Positions 9,867 to 21,021 are shown, counted from the stretch's first letter. The stretch is 64,000 nt of DNA from an uncultured Spirochaetota bacterium (GCA_963835575.1 CAWIGG010000004.1:352001-416000); one strand, 5' to 3'. Made by a program: numbers and translations. Notes: generated by a model not told the origin, from the letters alone.

Positions 9867-10785
9867 TACAGCGCTCAAGAAAAGCGGGGGCAAGACCATT
9901 GCCCCCCCGTCTTATTTATTTTTTAATCAATCGTTCAAAACGGTACTGCTTTTCTGCACGGCAGCCGTCTGCGCGCTCCTCCTGGCCATGTTTATCAGCC
10001 TGATGATTTCGGCCTGGCCGTCCATACAAAAATTCGGCATGAGTTTTTTTGTAACAACAACCTGGGACCCGCTTTCCGGACAATTCGGCGCCCTTCCCTT
10101 CGCGCTGGGAACTTTATTGACATCCATCATAGCCTTAATAATATGCGTTCCCTTCGCATTAGCCGTAGCTTTGATACTGGGCGAATATTTCCCCGACGGG
10201 AAAATAGCGGCGGCGCTCAATTCGGCAATGGAACTTCTGGCCGGCATTCCATCCATCATTTTCGGGATGTGGGGGCTTTTCGCCCTTGTTCCTATAATCA
10301 GAATACTTGAAAGCAGGATCGGGGTCATTCCGCTCGGGGTCGGTATCTTCGCGGCCGCGCTTCTCCTGTCGATCATGATAATCCCCTACGCGGCGTCCAT
10401 ATCGCGCGAGGTGATCGGTATGGTGCCGGAAGACTTAAAGGAAGCCGCCTATTCTCTCGGGGCGACGCGCTTTGAAGTGATAAAAAAAGTGGTCCTTCCG
10501 CATGCCGGTTCCGGCATCATCGCCGGAATCCTCCTCTCTTTCGGCAGGGCGCTTGGAGAGACAATGGCCGTCACAATGGTCATCGGCAATTCCTATTTTA
10601 TGCCGTCGAATATATTCGGACCAGGCCATACGATCTCAAGCATCATCGCGAACGAATTTACTGAGGCGACCGACCCGGTTTACGTTTCCGCCCTCATCGA
10701 AATGGGCCTGGTGCTTTTTATCATAACAATTATATTCGGCATACTGGGAAGATATATAATCACAAAAATGAGTATCAAGGATTAA
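9841..10785 (+). CDS. pstC: Phosphate ABC transporter permease (start uncertain)
   Basis: ELLAGIPSIIFGMWG and GRALGETMAVTMVIGN. Confidence 0.93.
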   Translation: MQAKKLLNNTALKKSGGKTIAPPSYLFFNQSFKTVLLFCTAAVCALLLAMFISLMISAWPSIQKFGMSFFVTTTWDPLSGQFGALPFALGTLLTSIIALIICVPFALAVALILGEYFPDGKIAAALNSAMELLAGIPSIIFGMWGLFALVPIIRILESRIGVIPLGVGIFAAALLLSIMIIPYAASISREVIGMVPEDLKEAAYSLGATRFEVIKKVVLPHAGSGIIAGILLSFGRALGETMAVTMVIGNSYFMPSNIFGPGHTISSIIANEFTEATDPVYVSALIEMGLVLFIITIIFGILGRYIITKMSIKD

Positions 10786-10788
10786 ACC

Positions 10789-11652
10789 ATGGACAAAAAA
10801 GATAAAAAGGTAAAATCCGTCAGGATGAATAATTTCAAGGACAGGCTGTTTTTTTCCATAATTATTATTCTGTCAATTTTAACAATTGTCCCGCTGGTCT
10901 GGATCCTCGGCTATATAACAATCAACGGAATTTCTTTTATCAATTATGAGTTATTTACACAGCTGCCGAAACCGCCCGGGGAAAGCGGAGGCGGTATTAT
11001 TAACGCGATCATCGGTACTTTTATTATCGTTATTATCGCTTCGGCAGTCGCCATACCGATCGGGGTTTTCTCGGGGATCTATCTCGCGGAAAATAAGCAG
11101 GGGAAAATCGCTCAATTCGCCAGGATTGCCGTCGATGTCCTGCAGGGCGTGCCGTCGATAGTCATCGGGATCATCGCTTATGTCTGGATCGTGCTTCCCT
11201 CAAGAAGCTTTTCCGCCGTTTCGGGAAGCGCCGCCCTGGCCATTATGATGCTTCCCGTCATCATCAAAAACACGGAAGAAACATTAAAGCTGATCCCCTA
11301 TTCCATCAAGGAAGCGGCTTATTCCCTGGGCGTCCCGTATTACAGGGTAGTTTTAAGAATTGTTCTGCCGGCAGGCCTCAGCGGCATATTGACCGGGATA
11401 CTGGTCGGCGTCGCGAGGGTAACAGGCGAAACGGCGCCGCTCCTCTTTACGGCTTTCGGAAACCCTTTTAATGAGTTCAATCCGCTCAAACCGATGGAAA
11501 CAATCCCCCATATTATATTTAAATACGCGACAAGCCCCTATACAGATTGGCAGAACATTGCCTGGGGCGCGTCTTTTATCCTGGTGGCTTTTGTTTTATT
11601 CATGAATCTTATTGCGAAGGCGGTGGCAAACAAATGGAAGGTAAAATTTTGA
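10789..11652 (+). CDS. pstA: Phosphate ABC transporter permease
   Basis: GVPSIVIG and [14 protein letters not shown]. Confidence 0.93.
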   Translation: MDKKDKKVKSVRMNNFKDRLFFSIIIILSILTIVPLVWILGYITINGISFINYELFTQLPKPPGESGGGIINAIIGTFIIVIIASAVAIPIGVFSGIYLAENKQGKIAQFARIAVDVLQGVPSIVIGIIAYVWIVLPSRSFSAVSGSAALAIMMLPVIIKNTEETLKLIPYSIKEAAYSLGVPYYRVVLRIVLPAGLSGILTGILVGVARVTGETAPLLFTAFGNPFNEFNPLKPMETIPHIIFKYATSPYTDWQNIAWGASFILVAFVLFMNLIAKAVANKWKVKF

Positions 11653-12404
11653 ACACACTATTAGAGGTCGAAAATCTCAATGTGTTTTACGGCGACCAGC
11701 AGGCGCTGAAAGACGTCGCGTTGAATTTCTATGACCATACGGTGCATGCCGTCATGGGACCCTCCGGATGCGGCAAATCGACGCTGATCCGCTGTTTTAA
11801 CCGGATGCATGAACTCACGCCGGGCGCGCGCGTGGAAGGAAAAATCCTTCTAAATGGAGAAGACCTGCTTCTGCTTGATCCGATCCTTGTCAGGCGCAGG
11901 ATCGGGATGGTTTTCCAGCGGCCGAACCCTTTTCCCACAATGACGATCTACGATAACGTCATAGCCGGTTATAAACTGAACGCCATTCACCTGAAAAAGC
12001 AGGAATCCGATAAGATAGTCGAGGAATCGCTCGCAAAAGCGGCGCTCTGGAAAGAAGTGAAAGACAAGCTTTTCAAACGGGGGACTTTTCTTTCCGGCGG
12101 CCAGCAGCAGCGTCTCTGCATAGCCCGGGCCCTGGCCATGAACCCCGATGTCCTGCTCCTGGACGAGCCGACGTCGGCGCTCGATCCGAAGGCCACTTCC
12201 CATATAGAGGAATTGATGGTCGAGCTCAAAAATACCGTGGCCATCATCCTGGTCACGCATAATATCGCGCAGGCCGGCCGCGTTTCGGAATACACCGCCT
12301 TTATGTACCTCGGCGAGCTGATAGAATACGGAACGACCGAAAAGCTCTTTACCGTTCCTCAGGACCACAGAACAGAAGAATACCTGAGCGGAAAATTTGG
12401 ATAG
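11634..12404 (+). CDS. pstB: Phosphate ABC transporter ATPase
   Basis: [25 protein letters not shown] and C-terminal YLSGKFG. Confidence 0.95.
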   Translation: MEGKILNTLLEVENLNVFYGDQQALKDVALNFYDHTVHAVMGPSGCGKSTLIRCFNRMHELTPGARVEGKILLNGEDLLLLDPILVRRRIGMVFQRPNPFPTMTIYDNVIAGYKLNAIHLKKQESDKIVEESLAKAALWKEVKDKLFKRGTFLSGGQQQRLCIARALAMNPDVLLLDEPTSALDPKATSHIEELMVELKNTVAIILVTHNIAQAGRVSEYTAFMYLGELIEYGTTEKLFTVPQDHRTEEYLSGKFG

Positions 12405-12414
12405 GAGAAAAAGT

Positions 12415-13110
12415 ATGCTGGAACAGCAAATTAACGTTTTAAAAGAAAAAATCACAAAGGTGTCCGCCATCGTCCGTGAAATGATCGACCATTCCGTTAA
12501 AGCCCTCATAGACAGGAATGCTTCAATGGCAAAAAGGGTCATTACCGAACTGGAGCCGCTGGTCAACCGGTCTGAGATCGAAATAGACGAGGACTGCATT
12601 AGCCTGATCGCCCGCTACCAGCCGGAAGCCAAGCTTCTCCGCTTTGTCATGATGATATCGAAAATGGTGTCGGACCTGGAAAGGATGGGCGATCATGCCG
12701 TCAATATAGCCGAAAGCACCATCTTTCTCATAGACCGCCCGCCTGTCAAGCCTCTTCTCGACCTTCCCCAGATGTGTATCGAGACCATAAAAATGATGGA
12801 TGACAGTATTTCTTCCTTTCTGAATGAAGACGCAAAACTCGCATATGAAGTTTTGCCCCGCGACGATATCGTCGACGATTATCGCGACCAGATCCTCCGC
12901 GAGCTTATCACTTATATGGTTTCAAACGCCGCTCTCATAGAACCGTCAATCCAGCTTATCCGTATCACTGAAAACCTTGAAAAAATTGCGGATATTACTT
13001 CCAACATCTGCGAGGAAGTGATTTATATAAAGGAAGGAAAAATTGTCATGCATTCCAAACAGGAAAATAAATGGGTCAATAAGGTTGAGGCATGGCATAA
13101 GGAAGGTTAA
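12415..13110 (+). CDS. phoU: Phosphate signalling protein PhoU
   Basis: [21 protein letters not shown] and LEKIAD..NICE. Confidence 0.93.
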   Translation: MLEQQINVLKEKITKVSAIVREMIDHSVKALIDRNASMAKRVITELEPLVNRSEIEIDEDCISLIARYQPEAKLLRFVMMISKMVSDLERMGDHAVNIAESTIFLIDRPPVKPLLDLPQMCIETIKMMDDSISSFLNEDAKLAYEVLPRDDIVDDYRDQILRELITYMVSNAALIEPSIQLIRITENLEKIADITSNICEEVIYIKEGKIVMHSKQENKWVNKVEAWHKEG

Positions 13111-13111
13111 C

Positions 13112-13573
13112 ATGGAAAAAATAAAAGTATTATTTGTCTGCATCCATAATTCGGCGCGGAGCCAGATGGCCGAAGCTTTTATGAATAAATTGGGCGATGA
13201 TCGATTCACGGCCGAAAGCGCGGGCCTGGAACCCGGAAAGCTCAATCCGCTTGCCGTGGAAGTCATGAAGGAAACAGGGATCGATATTTCCGGAAATAAA
13301 ACCAAAAGCGTTTTTAATTTTCTGAAGCAGGGGGAAACCTATGATTATGTCGTCACAGTCTGCGACGAAGCCTCAGGAGAACGGTGCCCCTTTTTCCCCG
13401 GAAAAACTGTCCGTCTTCACTGGTCTATTGATGATCCCGCCGCGTTCGAGGGAACAGATAAAGAAAAACTGGAAAAAACAAGGGTCGTCAGAGACTTGAT
13501 AAAGGAAAAAATCAAGGATTTTATAGCAAACTATCAGGATGGGACAAAATTGAAGCCTTCTATATCTCTGTAA
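13112..13573 (+). CDS. arsC: Thioredoxin-dependent arsenate reductase (LMW-PTP fold)
   Basis: [17 protein letters not shown]...CP and HW..DDP. Confidence 0.88.
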   Translation: MEKIKVLFVCIHNSARSQMAEAFMNKLGDDRFTAESAGLEPGKLNPLAVEVMKETGIDISGNKTKSVFNFLKQGETYDYVVTVCDEASGERCPFFPGKTVRLHWSIDDPAAFEGTDKEKLEKTRVVRDLIKEKIKDFIANYQDGTKLKPSISL

Positions 13574-13580
13574 TAGGGCC

Positions 13581-13723
13581 GTCATTGCGAGCGCCCGGTT
13601 TTCTCCATTGCCTGTTAGTTTGATGCGAAGCAATCTGTCAATTCATTAAGCTATCTTTTTTGCAGACAGATTGCTTCGCGCTGCTGTCAGTACCGAAATA
13701 CAATGCAGGATGCTCGCAATGAC
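13581..13723. repeat. Nested palindromic REP/RPE-like element
   Basis: Outer IR GTCATTGCGAGC / GCTCGCAATGAC; inner IR GCGAAGCAATCTGTC (13625-13639) / GACAGATTGCTTCGC (13665-13679). Confidence 0.8.
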
Positions 13724-14004
13724 TGCCTTTGTCCTGAATTCTCTTCACTTTCAGCATGCCTTAATAGAGAGTAAATTATCAGTGTAATTCTGTGAAACTT
13801 GTGGTGAGCCCGCCGAATCCATTCCGCGGCTAAATTGGAATTAAATAAAATCAGAATTCCTCCTGATTCCAAGGATTTCCATGAAATTACCATAAAAAAG
13901 TACCGGTTTTATTTCAGGCATAAAATCCCCGATATAGAAAAGAGTGATTTATCCGGAATATTCCCTGATAATTACCGGAATACTTGATAAAAAAGGTACT
14001 CTGA

Positions 14005-15495
14005 ATGGATACAATACTCATTATCCTTTCAATCCTGCTTTTTTTCAGCATTATGGGGAGCCTTGCTTCAGACAAGCTTGGAGTGCCTTCGCTTGTTCTA
14101 TTTCTCATAATCGGAGTTCTCGCCGGGCCTGAGGGATTTATAAAAATAAAACTGACCAGCCCTGAAATAGCCCAGCAGATCGGCGTTATCGCCCTGTCGT
14201 TTATCATTTTTTCAGGCGGCTTCGGCACACAGTTCCGCATCATAAAGCCGATACTGCTTCCCGGGATCCTATTATCATCGGCGGGAGTGATTATTTCATG
14301 CCTTGTCATGGGACTTTTTCTCCATTACATTCTGGGCTTTTCATTACTGACCGGTTTTCTCATCGGCGCGATTGTCTCATCCACAGACGCGGCATCCGTT
14401 TTTTCAGTCTTGAATTCCAAGAATGTACTGTTGAAAGGCGGCCTGAAGCCCATTCTCGAATTCGAGTCGGCCAGTAACGACCCGATGTCGGTTTCGTTAA
14501 CACTCGCTTTTATTATGCTTATAAACAAGCCGGGGACTGATATGCCGGGAATGATTATTTTCATGCTCAAGCAGTTTCTTATCGGCGGGGCGGCCGGCAT
14601 TCTCATTTCAATGATATCTGTTTATCTTCTGAAAAGGTTCATTAAACTGGATTATGAAGGCGTCTATTCCGTACTGACAATCGGACTGGTTTTATTCACC
14701 TACGGAATTGTGAACACTCTGGGCGGCAGCCCTTTCCTTGCCGTCTATATACTCGGCCTTTACCTGGGCAACAGCGATATCCTTTATAAAAGAAACCTGC
14801 TCCGCTATCATGATAATATTTCATGGCTTTCTCAGATTGTCATGTTTCTCTGCCTCGGCCTTCTCATCTATCCTTCGCAGATCATCCCCGCATCCTTTAA
14901 AGGCGTTCTGGCCACCGTTTTCCTGATTCTTATCGCCAGGCCGGCGAGCGTGTTTATCAGCCTTGCTTTTACCAGGAAATTTAAATTCCGAGAAAAGCTT
15001 CTTCTCTCATGGGTCGGCCTGAGAGGGGCCGCTCCTATTATATTATCGACATTCCCTCTTCTGGCCGGAATTCCCGAGGCAAACAGCCTTTTTTATATAG
15101 TCTTTTTTATTGTTATAACTTCTGTGCTCCTGCAGGGCACTTCCATACCTTTTCTGGCTAAAATACTAAAGCTTTATGACAGGGGAAAGTCAAACATTAA
15201 ATATCCCATTGAATTTGATAAAAGCGATAAGATAGAGGGCGAGTTGAATGAGATAGAAATCCCGGAAAATTCCATTGTCGTCAATACGGCCGTCAGGGAC
15301 CTCGGTCTGCCGGAAAATGTCATGGTCATCCTTATTTACCGTAACGGGCGTTTTTTCCCCGTCAACGGTAAAACAATTCTCTATCCAAAAGACAGGCTGC
15401 TCGTCCTTGCCACAATATCGGAATTCATAAAATTTACCATGCAGGTCCTTCTTGAAAAAGAGAACCCGGAAGAAGCTAAAAACAGCGAAGCATAA
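14005..15495 (+). CDS. cvrA: K+/H+ antiporter, CvrA/NhaP2 family, with C-terminal RCK_C domain
   Basis: SSTDAASVF, LEFESASNDPM and SWVGLRGAAPII. Confidence 0.85.
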   Translation: MDTILIILSILLFFSIMGSLASDKLGVPSLVLFLIIGVLAGPEGFIKIKLTSPEIAQQIGVIALSFIIFSGGFGTQFRIIKPILLPGILLSSAGVIISCLVMGLFLHYILGFSLLTGFLIGAIVSSTDAASVFSVLNSKNVLLKGGLKPILEFESASNDPMSVSLTLAFIMLINKPGTDMPGMIIFMLKQFLIGGAAGILISMISVYLLKRFIKLDYEGVYSVLTIGLVLFTYGIVNTLGGSPFLAVYILGLYLGNSDILYKRNLLRYHDNISWLSQIVMFLCLGLLIYPSQIIPASFKGVLATVFLILIARPASVFISLAFTRKFKFREKLLLSWVGLRGAAPIILSTFPLLAGIPEANSLFYIVFFIVITSVLLQGTSIPFLAKILKLYDRGKSNIKYPIEFDKSDKIEGELNEIEIPENSIVVNTAVRDLGLPENVMVILIYRNGRFFPVNGKTILYPKDRLLVLATISEFIKFTMQVLLEKENPEEAKNSEA

Positions 15496-15691
15496 CCATG
15501 TATAATTAAAAAAATCCTTTTTTAACTACCCTCATCAAAATCCAGCCATTTTTCATTTATTTTTTTAAGTCAAGTCCACTTAAAATTCTTTACAAATCGG
15601 AATAAATTGGATAAAATACCACTGTTTCATATTAGCGCGGCATGCATAACAGGATTATAAAGCCGGCTTTTTTGAATGGAGAGGAGAGTTT

Positions 15692-17731
15692 ATGGCTTTA
15701 TCTAAAGGCACTTCCGATCAGGATGGAGGGCCTTCGCTTTTTTCAAAACTTCGGTCATTCATCATCGGCAAACCGAGAAATCCGCAGGATAGAACAATTT
15801 TTCATAAAATATCCCTGATCGCCATTTTTGCCTGGGTGGGTCTGGGCGCGGACGCCCTTTCCTCATCATCATACGGCCCAGAACAGGCTTTCCGTGTTGT
15901 CGTCAATTATCCCTTTCTCGGCCTTTTTGTCGGTCTGGCGACAGCCATCACAATTCTTATCATCAGCGCCAGTTATTCGCAGATCATCGAGCTTTTCCCC
16001 GGCGGCGGGGGAGGATACATTGTCGGCAGCAAGCTTCTTTCTCCGACAACAGGCATGGTTTCCGGCTGCGCGCTGATGGTGGACTATATCCTGACCATCG
16101 CCGTTTCCATAGCCAGCGGCGCGGACGCCATATTCAGCTTTTTTCCCATTCATTTCCTTAAATATAAAATCTATTTTTCCATCTTCTGCATCATAATCCT
16201 GATATTAATGAACCTCAGGGGTGTAAAAGAATCCGTTTCAATTCTCGCGCCGATTTTCGCCATTTTTATACTGACGCATGTTTTTCTTCTTCTCTACGGG
16301 ACTTTCTTTCATGTATCCAATTTTTCAGGCGTTATCCAGTCATCTTACCAGGATTTTAATAAGGTTAAATTAAATCTCGGGTTGATCGGGGCCCTTGCCC
16401 TTTGTGTCAAGGCTTATGGAATGGGGGCCGGCACATATACCGGTATAGAATCCGTTTCTAACGCCATGACGATCCTCCGGGAGCCGCGCGTTCAGACGGC
16501 AAAAAAGACAATGGTCTATATGGCCGTATCGCTGACAATTATGGCCTTCGGAATTATGATTATCTATCTCCTGTATAATGTCCATCCCGAAACCGGCAAG
16601 ACCCTGAATTCCGTAGCATTTGAAAAAATGATGTCCGACTGGCCGCCTTTTGTAAAAAACATTTTATTGTTTTTAACCCTCTTATCCGAGGCGGCGCTTC
16701 TTTTTGTCGCGGCTCAGGGCGGTTTTCTGGCCGGCCCGAGGGTTCTATCCAACATGGCCATCGACAAATGGATGCCGTCCCGTTATTCACAGCTCTCAAA
16801 CAGGCTGGTCACAGAAAACGGCGTTCTGGTTATGGGCGTCACGTCCCTGTTGGTCCTGATCATAACAGGCGGGTCTTTAGATGTTCTGATCATCCTGTAC
16901 AGCATCAATGTGTTCATCACTTTCAGCATTTCCCAGCTGGGCATGGTCAGGCACTGGTGGATCAGCAGAAAGAGCGAAAAGAAATGGGGCCGGAAATTGA
17001 TAATCAACGGGATCGGCCTCCTCCTCAGCGTTTCGATCCTGATCTCATTCCTTGTCACCAAGCTGAACGAAGGCGGATGGGTCACTTTAGTCATCACGGG
17101 TATTTTGGTGGCGTTTTCATTCTGGGTAAAAAACCAGTATTCCAAAGTGGAGAAGCAACTTAACCGCCTGAACTCACTACTGGAAGCAGTGGAAAATTCC
17201 GAGCATATATCAAAACTTTCCTTCGAGGATTACAAAGATTTTAAAGGAAAAATCGACAAAAACGGTAAAACGGCTGTTTTATTAGTCAACGGTTATAACG
17301 GGACAGGGCTTCATATTTTATTCGGCATACAGAAACTACTGGGTTTCAGCACCTTTAAAAATTATGTCTTTATCCAGGTCGGCGTTGTTGACGCGGGCAA
17401 CTTTAAAAGTGTGGAAGAAGTTGACCACCTGAAGCAGGACATTCAAAAGAGCGTCGATACATACGCGGTCCTGATGCGGAAGACAGGATTTTATACTGAA
17501 ACATTCACATCGCTGGGCACAGACGCTGAAGAAGAGATCATGGCGCTCACTCCGGAAATCCTCAAGCAATTCCCCAATTCCATCTTTTTCGGCGGACAGC
17601 TTGTCTTTTCAGAAGCAGGCCTCTTTACAAAATTCACGACGAACCTCCTCCATAATAACCTTATCTTCAGCCTGCACGAAAAGCTTTATTACAAAGGGGT
17701 CCCTTTTGTTCTTCTGCCGATCAGGATTTAA
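15692..17731 (+). CDS. APC-superfamily KimA/YdaO-like K+ transporter
   Basis: GADALSSSSYGPE, PGGGGGY, DYILTIAVS and TGIESVSN. Confidence 0.75.
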   Translation: MALSKGTSDQDGGPSLFSKLRSFIIGKPRNPQDRTIFHKISLIAIFAWVGLGADALSSSSYGPEQAFRVVVNYPFLGLFVGLATAITILIISASYSQIIELFPGGGGGYIVGSKLLSPTTGMVSGCALMVDYILTIAVSIASGADAIFSFFPIHFLKYKIYFSIFCIIILILMNLRGVKESVSILAPIFAIFILTHVFLLLYGTFFHVSNFSGVIQSSYQDFNKVKLNLGLIGALALCVKAYGMGAGTYTGIESVSNAMTILREPRVQTAKKTMVYMAVSLTIMAFGIMIIYLLYNVHPETGKTLNSVAFEKMMSDWPPFVKNILLFLTLLSEAALLFVAAQGGFLAGPRVLSNMAIDKWMPSRYSQLSNRLVTENGVLVMGVTSLLVLIITGGSLDVLIILYSINVFITFSISQLGMVRHWWISRKSEKKWGRKLIINGIGLLLSVSILISFLVTKLNEGGWVTLVITGILVAFSFWVKNQYSKVEKQLNRLNSLLEAVENSEHISKLSFEDYKDFKGKIDKNGKTAVLLVNGYNGTGLHILFGIQKLLGFSTFKNYVFIQVGVVDAGNFKSVEEVDHLKQDIQKSVDTYAVLMRKTGFYTETFTSLGTDAEEEIMALTPEILKQFPNSIFFGGQLVFSEAGLFTKFTTNLLHNNLIFSLHEKLYYKGVPFVLLPIRI

Positions 17732-17758
17732 AGGCAGATATTGTATTTTATTTTTTTT

Positions 17759-17863
17759 GCCACTGAATTTCACAGAAGAGCACGGAAAAAACATTAAACA
17801 GTCAAAAGAGTTATTTGGTTTTCATCAATAATAATTCCGTGTTTTTCTGTGTCATTCTGTGGC
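17759..17863. repeat. Locus B: empty inverted pair of 10-bp-period arms
   Basis: GCCACTGAATTTCACAGAAGAGCACGGAA (17759-17787) vs reverse complement of 17835-17863, GCCACAGAATGACACAGAAAAACACGGAA; 24/29 identical. Confidence 0.85.
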
Positions 17864-17913
17864 TGATCCTGTAATATTCCCATATTGATATTCACTTTAT
17901 AGTTTATCCTGGA

Positions 17914-17942
17914 TTGACTAAGAAAGGGCGTTGTATTAAACT
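17914..17942 (+). promoter_or_regulatory. Putative sigma70 promoter of purE
   Basis: TTGACT-N17-TAAACT. Confidence 0.5.
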
Positions 17943-17984
17943 ATAATCCATTGAAAAGTTAATCCAGTAGATAAGGAGCCTCTC

Positions 17985-18485
17985 ATGTCTTTAAAAAAAG
18001 TCGGTATTATCATGGGAAGCGATTCCGATCTTCCCATAATGCAGGAAACCGCGGATATGCTTAAAAAATTCAATATTCCCTTCGAAATGACCGTTATATC
18101 GGCCCACCGGACACCTGAAAAGGCCTTTGAATACGCCCGGACAGCCGAGGAAAGAGGTTTGAGTGTCATCATTGCCGGCGCGGGAGGCGCGGCGCACCTG
18201 CCCGGCGTGATCGCCGCTTTAACACCTCTTCCGGTGATCGGCGTGCCGATCCTTTCCAAAAGCCTCTCCGGAATGGACTCGCTTTTTTCTATCGTACAGA
18301 TGCCGAAAGGCATACCTGTCGCAGCAGTCGCAGTCAACGGCGCCGCCAACGCGGCCATACTGGCCGTGCAGATGCTGGGCATCGGTGATGAAAAAATAAG
18401 ACAAGCTGTAAAAGAATACAAGGAAAAATTGAAGGAAGAAGTGGCGGAAAAGGCGAAGAAGGTAGAGGAAACTTCAAAAAATTAA
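17985..18485 (+). CDS. purE: N5-carboxyaminoimidazole ribonucleotide mutase
   Basis: [25 protein letters not shown] and SIVQMP. Confidence 0.96.
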   Translation: MSLKKVGIIMGSDSDLPIMQETADMLKKFNIPFEMTVISAHRTPEKAFEYARTAEERGLSVIIAGAGGAAHLPGVIAALTPLPVIGVPILSKSLSGMDSLFSIVQMPKGIPVAAVAVNGAANAAILAVQMLGIGDEKIRQAVKEYKEKLKEEVAEKAKKVEETSKN

Positions 18486-18632
18486 CCACCAAGATCACAA
18501 AGAGCACGAAGGACCACCAACGGGGATTAACGGCACTTCATTTTCTAACAAAAGATTTTAATTAACTATTCTCTATAATAATATCCGATTGTTCACACGG
18601 ATCAGACGGATTGGGCGGATTTGCGCGGATTC
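18484..18632 (+). repeat. Left composite arm, locus C (CACCAAG/CACAAAG/CACGAAG array, linker, then CGGAT array)
   Basis: Imperfect inverted match to 19906-20056; inner part 18583-18632 closely resembles the locus A left arm. Confidence 0.85.
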
Positions 18633-18858
18633 GGGGGGACGAATTCAACCACAGATTTCACAGACGCCGTGGTGAGCAAAGTCGAACCATTACACTGAAG
18701 GGAAAATAAATATGATGGGCAGTATCTAGCTAATATGATTTTATTATTTGCAAATGAGGTGAGTAAAGGAGTATAATTTTAACGGATAATGAGTTATATT
18801 TGTATATTTTGAGTTGGGCTAAAGCGGTGCACAATCATTAATATTTCTGGAGTAATTT

Positions 18859-19806
18859 ATGATTAAACCAAAAATATTTATCAGTTGTGGACAAGATAAA
18901 TCATCTGATGAATATAAAATAGCTGAAATAATTAAAAACAAAATTGATGATACTGATAAATATATTGGTTATGTTGCAACACTTGAACAATCAAACAAAG
19001 GTTTATTAAATAATATACTATATGAACTTGAAACTGCCGAATATTTTATATTTATTGATTTTATAAGAGAAAAATTACTTGATAAAAATGATAATTTTAT
19101 TGGTTATAGAGGTTCATTATTTACAAATCAAGAATTAAGTATAGCTTCATATTTTGGAATTGAAACAATTGCATTTCAAGAAAAAGGAATCAAATCTTAT
19201 GACGGAATGATTGGAGCCATGCAATTAAATGTTCAAAAACATCATGTTTTTGAACCAAATGAAAGAAATATTTTACCTGATAAGGTGATTGATGAAATTC
19301 AAAATAGATTTACACCATTATGGAAAAATAAAATTAACTTATCAGATATCAAAATTGTAAATAATGTTAAAAAATATAGGATCATTAATTTTTCTCAAAA
19401 AGAAGATTTTTTTGCTAATCATTATCAAATTAAAGTTGAAAACCTTCATAAGGATAAAATTGCCTTAAATTGTTACGCATTTATTGAATCAATATTAGAT
19501 TTAGAAAATAATACACCTATTCAAACTCAAACAGTAGAATTAAAATGGGCAGGTGTTATTAATATTCCTAATGTTTCAATAATTAATCAGTCACATAGAA
19601 TGCTTGATGCCTTCTTTTATGATGTCGCCTACCCAAAGAAAATATATTTTTGCAGTTATAGTGATTCAGATGAAAATCTTCCTCCTTTAGAATCTTCCAA
19701 TAAATATAAAATTTGCTATATGATTGTTTCTTCTAATTTTAGAATTGAAAAAAGGAATTATATAATTGAATTTATTAATAATATATGGCAGATGAATCCC
19801 GAATAA
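18859..19806 (+). CDS. AT-rich hypothetical protein with N-terminal TIR-like/nucleotide-binding domain
   Basis: KIFISCGQ start and SLFTNQELSIA helix with Glu, typical of TIR/DUF4062/NDT-like domains; own promoter-like TTGCAA-N18-TATAAT at 18748-18777. Confidence 0.5.
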   Translation: MIKPKIFISCGQDKSSDEYKIAEIIKNKIDDTDKYIGYVATLEQSNKGLLNNILYELETAEYFIFIDFIREKLLDKNDNFIGYRGSLFTNQELSIASYFGIETIAFQEKGIKSYDGMIGAMQLNVQKHHVFEPNERNILPDKVIDEIQNRFTPLWKNKINLSDIKIVNNVKKYRIINFSQKEDFFANHYQIKVENLHKDKIALNCYAFIESILDLENNTPIQTQTVELKWAGVINIPNVSIINQSHRMLDAFFYDVAYPKKIYFCSYSDSDENLPPLESSNKYKICYMIVSSNFRIEKRNYIIEFINNIWQMNPE

Positions 19807-19905
19807 TACGTGAAAAGTGGTATTCACCTAAACACCATTCTCCTGAATCTATCTTGTCTCACAAAAGCACCAAATACTACCAAAAAAGGCGGCTTTAAGA
19901 AAATT

Positions 19906-20056
19906 AAATCCTATAAAATCTGTATCAATCAGTGAAAATCTGTGTAAACAATCGGGGTAACTAGAAAGAAAGATTGATTAATAATCATTGTTTTACAATA
20001 AAGTGTGTTTAATCCCCAGTTGGTGTTACTTGGTGTTCTTTGTGTCTTAGTGGTGA
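19906..20056 (-). repeat. Right composite arm, locus C (inverted)
   Basis: Reverse complement reads CACCACTAAGACACAAAGAACACCAAGTAACACCAACTGGGGATTAA...CCGATTGTTTACACAGATTTTCACTGATTGATACAGATTTTATAGGATT. Confidence 0.85.
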
Positions 20057-20066
20057 AAAAAAAAAG

Positions 20067-21008
20067 CTACTGCGCCGATTTAATCTCTTTCTCGAAATAC
20101 TCAATCGTCTTTTTCAAGCCTTCCCTGAGCGGGACTGCCGGTTCCCAGCCGAGCTTTTCTTTGGCCAGCGAGATATCGGGCTTTCTCTGTTTGGGATCGT
20201 CGGAGGGGATATCTTTATAGACAATCTTTGACTTTGAGTTTGTCATCTCAATAATGATTTTCGCCAGTTCAATAATCTTGTATTCGTCCGGATTTCCCAG
20301 GTTTACAGGCCCTATAAAATTTTCCGATTTCATCATCTTTATAAATCCGCCGATCAAATCGTCGACATAACAAAAACTCCGCGTCTGCTCTCCTTTGCCG
20401 TAAACCGTGATATCCTCGTTTCTCAGAGCCTGAGAAATAAAATTCGACACAACGCGGCCGTCGTTTTGAAGCATCCTGGGCCCGTATGTGTTGAAAATCC
20501 TCACGATTTTTATATCGACATGGTTCAGCCGGTAATAATCCATAAATAGGGTTTCAGCTATTCTTTTTCCTTCGTCATAACAGCTCCGGACCCCTATCGG
20601 ATTGACATGCCCCCAGTAAGATTCCGTTTGAGGATGGACCGCCGGATCGCCGTAAACCTCGCTTGTCGAGGCCTGAAGGACCCTCGCCTTCAGCCTCTTG
20701 GCCAATCCCAGCATATTGAAAGCCCCCATAAAACTTGTTTTAATTGTTTTAATGGAATTGGCCTGATAATGGACAGGCGAAGCCGGGCAGGCCAGATTAA
20801 ATATCCAGTCCACTTCCAGCAAAAGCGGCTCTACGATATCATGGCGGATCACCTCAAAATTCATATTGTCCATCAGGCGGATGATGTTTTTATTTCTGCC
20901 GGTAAAGAAATTATCCACACAGATAACCGTATTTCCCTCTTCCAGAAGCCGTTCGCAGAGAAAACTGCCGAGAAAGCCGGCGCCGCCTGTTACCAGAACG
21001 CTTTTCAT
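20067..21008 (-). CDS. UDP-glucuronate decarboxylase (UXS-type SDR)
   Basis: [28 protein letters not shown] and YDEGKR. Confidence 0.88.
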   Translation of the reverse strand: MKSVLVTGGAGFLGSFLCERLLEEGNTVICVDNFFTGRNKNIIRLMDNMNFEVIRHDIVEPLLLEVDWIFNLACPASPVHYQANSIKTIKTSFMGAFNMLGLAKRLKARVLQASTSEVYGDPAVHPQTESYWGHVNPIGVRSCYDEGKRIAETLFMDYYRLNHVDIKIVRIFNTYGPRMLQNDGRVVSNFISQALRNEDITVYGKGEQTRSFCYVDDLIGGFIKMMKSENFIGPVNLGNPDEYKIIELAKIIIEMTNSKSKIVYKDIPSDDPKQRKPDISLAKEKLGWEPAVPLREGLKKTIEYFEKEIKSAQ

Positions 21009-21021
21009 TTTTCACTCTCCA

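Noticed and set aside
13740..15690. c-di-AMP (ydaO) riboswitch before the K+ transporters
   Set aside because: Only a GCCGAATCC fragment matches; the other conserved blocks are not visible in either leader.
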